Positions 49,413-58,859 of a DNA stretch of 58,859 bases are shown here, piece after piece. This DNA is from Octopus sinensis. Its lineage: Eukaryota. Both the position numbers and the translations under genes were made by a program. The stretch's first letter is position 1, and each line of letters opens with the position of its first letter. The stretch covers positions 1 to 58,859 of the forward strand of contig NW_021832283.1 in NCBI RefSeq assembly GCF_006345805.1, in the 5' to 3' direction. Under the pieces are notes generated by a model that made no database searches, had not been told where the DNA came from, and saw only the letters and a list, made by a program, of their open reading frames with translations.

Positions 49413-52400
49413 TATGTTTGACTTTTGCTTTATATTTGTACAAGTTGGCTCCAAGTCTCACCCAGAGACCTCAAGAGACAACAGGGTTGGAAGTTCATGT
49501 TGTTGTTATGCCTAGTGTGCCATATATTTGGGGGGTGGGGATGTTGTACTAAACCGAAAATTATGGTTGTTTTAAACCTTGAGGTTACATAGAGAGTATT
49601 TTGCGTAGGATATGAGCAGTTCCCATGAGCACTATCTTTTGAACTTCTGCCATTTTTGGGTTTCCTGGTATCTGAGTTAGGTAGCTATCAGCCCCTTTTG
49701 CTATCATTCCCAGGGCACCTATGACAACAGGTATTGTTTAGTCTTCAGCTTCCACATTTTGCTGATTTCTATTTCAAGATCTTTATATTTGCTCAGTTTT
49801 TGGTAGGTCCTGACAGATACGTTTATATCGATTGGGACAGTCATATCAATGAGGAGGCATGTTCTTTGTTTGAAGTCTTTCAATATGATGTCTGGCCTAT
49901 TTGCATCTATCTTCCTGTCAGTTTGAATGGTGAAGTTCCAGAGGAGTGAGATGTGGTCATTTTCAAGCACTGGGGTGGTTTGTGTTCCCACCAGTTTTTT
50001 TCATGGGCAAATCCAGGTTTTTACAGATTACCCAGTGAATATATTGTGCAGCTCTATCGTGCCTGTTGAGATACTCTGTAGGCGCTAGAAGACTGCACTT
50101 GGAGACCACATGGTCAATGGTTTCATTTTGTTGCTTGCATACACGACACGTTTGACTGCTTCTGATCTTTAATATGTTGGCCTGGTAGTTTCTTGTTGGT
50201 AGGCATTGATCTTGAGCTGCTATGATAAACCCCTCTGTTTCAGATTTTAAGCCAGAGGCCATTAGCCATTGATGGGTCAGGGCTTTGTCGATATCTGCAT
50301 ATTCGCTCTCTTTGGGTATTTGCCATAGAGAGTTTTTCTTGCCATTTATTATTCAGAATATCTAAGCCGCAGTTTTGGCACGGGTTTTCATGCGCCTAGC
50401 TTTTTCTGTGCTTGTTTCTTGTATGTCTATCTCTAATTCCGAAATTGGTTGTATTCGGAATTCACTTAGATATTCCTTTGCCTGTTTTGTGACTGAGTAT
50501 GATGCTTTTGTTTTCATGTTTTAAGACAAGTTTTAACATCCAGTCCTCAGAGTTTTTCAGGTAGGTGTCTAGGCCAATTGTAGCAATCTTCATTGTTATT
50601 GCCAGTTGCAAAAGACCACGGCCTCCCTCTTTTCTTGGCAGATAGAGTCGTTCTGTATCTGCCTTAGGGTGGTGCATTCTATGCATTGTCAACAGTTTCC
50701 TTATTTTTTCTGTCGAGCTGACATATTTCAGTAATTGACCAGTTAACAATATTGAAACTGTAAGTCACGACTGGTATAGCTAATGCATTGATTGCTTCGA
50801 TCCTGTTTCTTGCATTCAGCTCTGTCTTGAGTATTGCTCTCACTCTTCGATAGCATTCTCTCCTGATCCTTTCCTTCATCTCTGAATGCCTTATTCCGTT
50901 CCCTTCAATTACCCTTAGGTACTTGTCGCTCTCCGCTGGGTCTAGTTCTTTTATGACATTCTGTTGGTCAAGGTTAACGTTAGATGTTTCTGTCATTTTT
51001 CCTTTGATAAGGTAGCCTTTGCACATTTATCGAGGCCGAATTGCATTCTGATGTCGTCACTGAATTGTTTGACTATCGCTAGTAAGCCCTTGAGTTGTTG
51101 ATCATTTTTTGCAAAAAGCTTTAAATCATCCATGTAAACGAGATGATTTTATTTTTATCAAACATTTTATACCCGTACTGCGCGTCATTGAGCAGCTTTG
51201 AGAGAGGTATTAAGGATAAACAAAAGAGGAGTGGTGACAGTGAGTCACCCTGGAAAATGCCACACGAAATTTTTACATCACCAGCATTTAGGGATTCACT
51301 GTCACTGTTCAGAGTTAGTGTGGTTCTCCATGATCTCATACTTACAGTCAAGACGTTTCGCAGAGTTGGTGCTATCTTATACATTTCAAGGCATTTCCTA
51401 ATCCAGCTATGTGGTAGGCTATCAAAAGCCTTTTTATAGTCTATCCAGGCTATTGATAAGTTTTTGTGTCGTTTGTGACAATCTTCTAAGATCATCTTAT
51501 TGATGAGTAGTTGGTCTTTACAGCCGTAGGATCCACGTTTACATCCTTTCTGTTCATTAGGGAATATGCTGCTGTCTGTTAAAAAACTATAGGTATATTC
51601 CGTCAGGACAGATGTTAGTGTTTTGTACATAGTTGTTAAGCAGGTTATGGGTCTATAGTTTTTTGGTTCATTTGTTTCTTCACTTTTTGGAAGCAGGAAT
51701 GTTAACCCATTAACTAGCCAAGGAGGCATCCTACTAGGGTGTTGCAAAACATCATTGTACAGTTCTGTTAGCAGTTCATGGCTCTCTGGGAAGGCATTCA
51801 GCCAGAAGTTAGGAATTTTATCCTTTCCTGGAGACTTCCATTTGCTTGACCTCCTGAGAGCAGATCTTATATCTTCTACCTTGACACCCTCCCACTTTTG
51901 CTCTTCTAAGGGGTCCAGTTCTGTAGATATTCTGTCAATCCAGGGGGCCTTTTCGTTGTGTGTTTTTCTTCTGCCCAGATTTTATTCCAAAATCTCTGCA
52001 CTTCTTCTTTTGATGGTACAGACCCTGCAGTAAACGCTGTTTTTCCTATCTTCCTGTAAAAATTCTTGGTGTTATTTTGAACATGTTGTTGTCCTTGAAA
52101 AATCTAACACGCTTTTCATACCTCGCTATGCGGGCAGCTTTGGCAGATACTTTTGTTTGATGGTTTCTATGGTGGCATCAATATCAAGTATAGTTTTCAT
52201 ATTGTATTTTTTCAGTAATTTTTGGGTTTTTGTAGGTTTGGTAGTCTTGTGAGCCTTAAGGTTTTTCAAATATTCAATGTCAGATCTAAATACTTTAATT
52301 TGTTGTTGCAGACGCTCTTGCCAAGAAGGCTTTTGTGGGACTGTTGCCGTTTTCTAATCTTTACACCACATAGGATCGTTGAGATTTTCGCGGATGCATA

Positions 52401-53513
52401 GTATAGGTGGTTGAGGTTTGTGATATCAACATCATTAACTGAAATTATATCCTTAAGTGCAAGCCGGATTTTACCAATTATTTTCATGTTTTGGTTAGAG
52501 TTGCGGATTTTAGGAAGTGTACCACGCTCAACCATGCTGGTTCTTTAATTTTCAGCCATTCAATCATGATTTGATTTTTTAGCTCATGTAGTTCTGTTGG
52601 GTCAATATTTGTGTGACTTTCTTTATCTATTTGATGCTCATCTGTCTTAGTGTTTATGATTGGTTCAGGGCGTATTTCACTTTGCCTATCACTTATACTA
52701 ACTCTTTCAATCTCTCTTCTTTTTTTTATCCGCCCTGGGCTGGTCTATAATCATTTCCTCTGTATTATCTTCTCTAGCTGCAGCTTCGTTCATTTTATCC
52801 GATATTGCTTGTCTAACCTGATCAATCTCTACTTCAGTCAGTAATTTCTTTTTTATAATTTCTTCTAACATTGGCAAGCTTGTTACTGTCTATGTAGGGT
52901 CTTACTTCAGGGTGTTTCTGTCTCCAGTTTAAGTATGCTTGTACAGTGCTAGACTATCTGTGGGGAAATATATGGCATGGTAGTAGAAGCCTCAAGAACT
53001 TCTTTATTATCTTCCCTAGACCATTTTTCCTTCTTTTTCTTTTGATTATTGGTGATGAGCATGGATGGCCATCTGTTGGAATATTCCGGTTGTGGGGTTC
53101 GTCCAGCTCCTGTGTGTTGGGAAGATTTGATCCAGTAACTGATTTTTCAATCAGGATTTGGTTCAATTTTCGGGTACGTGGTCTTTTGTAATCCGCGCAA
53201 TGACCAATGCGGTTTATTGTTTGATTTGTTGACCTTGAAGCATGACGAGCATCCATTCTTATATTAGGAGATGGATCTGTCAGTTTAGGGTTCACTACAT
53301 GTAAGCATTGCTCATAGCGCCGCTTCTTAGACTAGCAGATCTATATTCGTCTGTATTTTTTTTGTTGATAGTTATCTCCGGACATTTTTTTTTTTTCCTC
53401 CTTTCCTCCTCTTCCTTTCTTCAAGGCTTACTGTGTCTGTATTAGTTCGAAATAATGAGAATAAAATACGGAGAGAAGGAAACGAAAAGAAAGGAAAAAG
53501 ACGGGATCTGTCA
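49412..53513 (-). mobile_element. near full-length Dong-like copy F, degraded
   Basis: ATG about 53385; KWSREDNKEVLEA...NKLANVRR; GCKDQLLINKM; QGDSLSPLLF; YMDDLK; CRVCKQQNETIDHVVSKC; NRPDIILKD; stop about 49585; short TAA-like run at 53514-53533. Confidence 0.9.
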
Positions 53514-54269
53514 GTTATTATTGTTATTACTATCACTTCACCACCATCCATCATCAGCAACATCACCATCACCATCATCATCTTCAATGTGTAGCCACAG
53601 CCACCATCAACACTCCATTGTGTTGGAGAATGGGTGTGTTAAAGAATTCATGTTCTTTGGGTCTATAAATAGTGGTAGATGGTGGAGACAAAGGACGTTA
53701 ATGGTCAGTAAAAGGTCAAACCTGTTTACGTTTATATTTTTTTTTCCTTTCTCTTTTCTTCTTCACCACATGCATATGTATATGTATATATATGTATATT
53801 CACTCACACATATTATCTGATGTTTTCCGAAGATTTTTTTTCTTTTTTTTAAATAACTTTCTGAGTTCAATGTTATGTATATATTTTTTAATTTCTGAAT
53901 TCAGTTGTATGTATATAGTAGTAGGTGCTTAATTCCATAACTTTTTATCGTGCATTTAATTGTGTTGTTACAATAAAAGGTAATTTAAAAGGCAATTTTA
54001 CACATTCTTATAGTCATGAGAGACGACTAAATGTAAATGTTCACACAGAATTGGAGATATGTATGTTCTAATTTTTCTGTTAGGTGTACGTTTGTACGTT
54101 TGTATGAGCTGTAGATATGTAAGTTTTTTTTTTTACTTATTTTGAGGGTAATTCAAATTACTTACAGAAAACAGTAGATCTTCCAGTTTTCTACAGTTGA
54201 CCTGCTGGGTTCGCTGTTGCCAGTTCAGAGCATCGTAAAAATACGTCCATCCTCTGTCACGTCCAGCCT

Positions 54270-54296
54270 TCTCTTCTTCTTCTTCTTCTTCTCTTC

Positions 54297-54350
<54 letters not shown>

Positions 54351-54565
54351 TATTATTATTATTATTGTTATTATTATTATTATTGTTATTGTTATTGTTA
54401 TTGTTATTGTTGTTGTTGTTGTTATGTTGTTGTTGTAGTTGTTGTTGTTGTTGTAGTTGTTGTTGTTGTTGTTGTTGTAGAGTTGTGGTGTTGTTGTTGT
54501 AGTTGTTGTTGTTGTGTTGTTGTTGTTGTTGTTGTTGTTATTATTATTATTATTATTATTATTCT
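54270..54565. repeat. (TTC)/(TTA)/(TTG)n compound microsatellite
   Basis: Direct reading. Confidence 0.92.
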
Positions 54566-54956
54566 ATTATATACATATAGATACACACGTATATGTTTTA
54601 CATATATTTATATGTATATGTATGGTATGTGTATATATTTATATATATATATATATATATATATACTAGAAAGAAGCAACAAGAATGGATTAGTTTTTAG
54701 TACAATTGTTTCATACAAAGACAGGCTTTATTACAAGTTGCAAAAATTGCAGCAGATAAAAGTGTCCCGTACTCATCAGCTAAAATGCATATGAGATCTC
54801 CAAACATCTTAGTGGGTGAGGCTATACTCATGAAGTATTGGAGATAATTTCATTAAACGCAGATTTAGGTTGCAAACAGATTTCCAAAGTTCCTTAATGA
54901 TGATGCACAGTCTTATCACAGGTTCTTAAAAGCTTATTAGCTTCACAGATATTAGC

Positions 54957-54996
54957 TTCATGATATATATGTACATACGTACATATATATCATGAA
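54957..54996. other. hairpin, 18-bp perfect arms, 4-nt loop
   Basis: ttcatgatatatatgtac-atac-gtacatatatatcatgaa. Confidence 0.9.
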
Positions 54997-55555
54997 CTAA
55001 CTGTTACTTTCTCAGATGCAGCACGAAGCTTTGTCAGTGAACAGGTCGCGGTTTCAAAGCGACAAAATATTTTGACAAATCAAATTTAAATGTTAAAGTG
55101 AATCTGACGGTTTTTGTGTGTGTCTTAAATGGCTTATAAACACTTTCCACGCTGCAATTGTTTTCGTTCCAGCACACGATCTCAGATCAAGTCACTCGCT
55201 TTTATACATAAGTGTATGTAATTATGTATGTATATATATGCGTGTGTCACGCACATGTATTATCTTTTATTGAATATAATGAATATAAACAAGAAAGCTG
55301 ATATACAGACCTCTTGATCCAAGGAAATCTCACAGCTTTCAATACGTGTCGATAGCAGTACTACCAGGATGTAGAATCTTTACTATCATTAAGGTGAGTC
55401 GACAAATCAGCAACATGTCTCACTTTTTCTTTTGAGATAGAAAATGCAAAAGATTGAAACGACAAATGTAAAAACTTACCCCGAACTAATTTTGCTGCAT
55501 TTTTTTTTTTTAGCATAAGGCAGGTAGTGAACAGGAAAATAAAGTCGGATTTGTG

Positions 55556-55932
55556 GCTTGCTTACCAACCACATGGTTCCGGGTTCAGTCCCACTGCGTG
55601 GGACCTTGGGCAAATGTCTTCTAGTGTAGCCTCGGGCCGTCCAAAGCCTTGTGAGTGGATTCGGTAGACGGAAACTGAAAGAAGCCCGTCGTATATATGT
55701 ATGTGTATGTGTGTGTGTGTGTGTATGTTTGTGTGCCTGTGTTTGTCCCACCAACATCGCTTGACAACCGATGATGGTGTGTTTACGTCTCCGTAACTTA
55801 GCGGTTCGGCAAAAGTGACCGATAGAATAAGTACAAGGCTTAAAAAAAATAAGTCCTGGGCCCGTTATGCTCGACGAAAGGCGGTGCTCCAGCATGGCCA
55901 CAGTCAAATGACCGAAACAAGTAAAAGAGTAA
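55556..55932 (+). mobile_element. SINE family 1
   Basis: gggttcagtccc B box through tail ggcggtgctccagcatggccacagtcaaatgaccgaaacaagtaaaagagta. Confidence 0.9.
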
Positions 55933-56126
55933 AGCAGTTTAATAAGTTTTGTAGTTTTATTTTTTAAATTTTGGGTGCATACATGTATATGTTTATATGT
56001 GTGCGTATGTGTGTGTGTGTGTGAGTGAATGACTGAATGTGTACATGTATGTGTGTGTGCATATATGTGAGGTAGTGAACAAGGATAAAGGTTTATTTAT
56101 TCAGAGTTTCAAATCTGTAATTGTTA

Positions 56127-56208
56127 CTGCAGTAATCTATGTCACTTCGTCAGGAGACAAAAATTTTCAGTTTCTAATTTCCTGACGAAATGGCATTAAT
56201 TACTGCAG
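56127..56208. repeat. 29-bp imperfect inverted repeat (25/29) with 24-bp spacer
   Basis: ctgcagtaatctatgtcacttcgtcagga ... tcctgacgaaatggcattaattactgcag. Confidence 0.85.
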
Positions 56209-56621
56209 AAGCAAATTGTAGAAACATGAAAATGTTAATAAATATGTCTTTCTTCTCCTTCTTAATCTGCATTTATACTCTAAAGACATTGCAGACAATA
56301 CACTTATGTCATAGGATTACGCGTATATGTCATAAACTCTATGATATATGTTCTTAGAATATACAAATCATACGGAAACGCACTCAATACTTTGTATATG
56401 TATGTGTGTCTGTATGTGTATATAAACATACACACACACATACAAGAAATGATATACGGAGAAGAAATAAAAAAAACACTGGCAAAACTTTGTTGTAAAA
56501 TTTTAAAACATTAAAACACAAATAGCAAAAGATGGCAAGACAGGAGGAATGAGAAAGAGAATATCTTTTTTAAATATTAAGGGAAAATTAAAAGAGAAAG
56601 TAATTAGTGCGGCGTAAGAGA

Positions 56622-56668
<47 letters not shown>

Positions 56669-56859
56669 GAGTGGGGGAGGCAGAAATAAAAGAAAAAGCA
56701 AAAAAAAAAGATATTTTAAGAAAGGAAGGAAGATGAAGAAGTGAAGGAGGCAAATAAAAATATTGTTAAACAGATAAAAATACAATTACAATTTTTTTAG
56801 TTAAATGTAAAATTGATTTTTAGATAGAAACAATTCATTACAGAATAAGCTTACACTGT

Positions 56860-57280
56860 TGACAACAGCTATTTTACTTCACGCCTGTTTTCTTCTTACT
56901 TCTCCCCTTCCTCTTCTTCCCGATCTTCTTTTCCTTCTTCTTCACTTCTCTTTCTTATTTTTGTTTCCATTGTTCTCGTTTTCCCTTTGTTCTCCTTTTT
57001 CTTCTCATTCATCTGATTCTTCTTTTTTCCCCTTCTTCTCCTTCTTCATTTTCTTCTTCTTTATCTCCTTCTTCTTCGTCTTCTTTCATAGTTCTCATTC
57101 CTTCTTTTTCTCTTTTTTCTTCTCATTCCTCTTCTCTTTCATTTGTTTTCATTTGTTTCTTCACATTCTTCTTCTTCTTCTTCTTCTTCTTCTTCTTCTT
57201 CTTCTTCTACTACTACTACTACTACTACTACTACTGCTGCTACTGCTGCTGCTGCTACTGCTGCTGCTGCTGCTACTACA

Positions 57281-57321
<41 letters not shown>

Positions 57322-57800
57322 ATTTATGTCTCCATTTTCTGTTACGTCTTCTCTTTCTCTTTCTTTTCCTCTTTCATTTTCTTTCTTTTTTCTTCTTCTC
57401 CAGCTTCTATTCTTTTCTTCTTATTCTTCTTTTCTAGTACCATGACTACAGCTACTTCTACTTCCTTTCTGCTAACTCTTGTATTGTTTTTTCTCTTTTC
57501 TACATTTGCTAATTGTATTTCTTCTACATCTCTCTCTCCTCCTGCTTCTACTATTCCTTCTTCTACATCTTCATCTTATCTCTACCACAACTACTACCAC
57601 TACTACCACTACACCTTCATTTAACTTCCTTTATTTCTCTTTTTTTCTTCTACCTCAACGTTTTGTTCATATTCCGTATTTTCTTCGTCTTCTTTTTCTA
57701 ACCTTTTATTCTTCATATTCTTCTTGCCCTCTCTTCTTTTTTCTATTTCTTTCTTCTTATCCTTTTGTTTTTGCAATGTTTAATTTTTTACGTACCATTT
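56860..57800. repeat. pyrimidine-rich low complexity with (TTC)/(CTA)/(CTG)n
   Basis: Direct reading. Confidence 0.85.
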
Positions 57801-58859
57801 CATATCATCTTTTTTTTTATTTATTTCAATCCTTTCTTTCAATCGTTCGTGAAAATATGCCGATGTAGAGAAGTATAATCGGCGATTTAATAATACTGGT
57901 GCTCTATTTATCCTGAGATTAATTTTATTGCGATACAATCTCCGAACTGGAAGCCAAAGTTAACTTGATGCCGAAACATTGTCAGGAAATCTATCGCTTT
58001 GTTTCCTTTCTTTTACTTTTACTTTTCTTTTTCTATTTTTTGTTTTTGTTACGGAGGTGGGGGAAATATTTTGTTTTTATAGTATTTTTTTGCCTTCATT
58101 TATCATTTTCTTTTACTCTTTATTTTTCGTTTTGTTTTTTTTTCTATTTAATGTATGGCAAATATGGCAGAGGGAGGAACCTCCAGTTTTTTGAAGCCCT
58201 ACAAATGGAACATTTAAAACAAGATTGAGTCAGTTGGTGGCCGGTTCAACTGTTGCAGACCGAAAAATTACTTTAAAAGAATTTATAAATAAAGAATAAA
58301 TTTGAGGCTGGAATAAGGTTGCTTCTATGAAATACTTTAGTAAAGAATGAGATGACTCAAAAAGACAGCCTTTTCTAAGAATGATCTCTCGTGTGAGAGG
58401 CAGATAGATGAAAAGAAACAAGCAAACAAATAAACAAAGTTAAAGAGAGAAGAAAGAAGTTTTTAAAAGAAAGACAGAATTTATTTGAGAGAAGTGGGAG
58501 GTAGAATCGAATTAATTCGAAAAACGCTGCATAAAATCTCTGCAGCCGAGTGGTAGGCAGAATGGTATTTCCTAAAAATAGTGCTAGTAATGCTTACTGC
58601 AAAACGGTTATAAAACAAAACGAATGAAGACTTGTAATTCTTCGCTTTAGTTGAGATTTATGCAATGAAACAAATTTCAGTCCGCTTTCCCTGAATATTA
58701 ACCTAGTATTCTGGTATCACCTCACAAAACTTACACGCCATGAAATTAAAAAAAAAAGAAATGCAGTCTTTATTCAGTCCTTTCTTCCAAACTGTCACCA
58801 CATTCCTATATTCTATCAGTTCACAGTTTGTCTGTAATAGCACACTGGATAGTTTCAAT

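Overview
AT-rich, microsatellite-saturated eukaryotic DNA with no host protein-coding gene that I can support. The SINE families and repeat landscape look like a coleoid cephalopod, probably Octopus (inference from recognition, not a database hit). Contents: (i) three Tx1/L1-clade LINE copies, including one apparently full-length copy at 22490-28334 flanked on both sides by (TATC)n; (ii) five R4/Dong-like LINE copies (single ORF: Myb-like N-terminus, RT, CCHC, PD-(D/E)xK endonuclease) at (TAA)n tracts, three of them stacked head-to-tail with an unclassified 556-bp non-coding element in one 9-kb TAA pile-up; (iii) two CR1/L2-group 3' fragments; (iv) at least four tRNA-headed SINE families; (v) a decayed 23-bp minisatellite, several palindromes and degenerate hammerhead-like motifs. 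All LINE ORFs carry stops or frameshifts. The most interesting signal is an apparent microsatellite-niche retroelement system: GATA-associated Tx1, TAA-targeting Dong-like LINEs, a TAA-inserted non-autonomous passenger, and SINEs whose 3' tails match LINE tails in the same window (Tx1-type and CR1-type).
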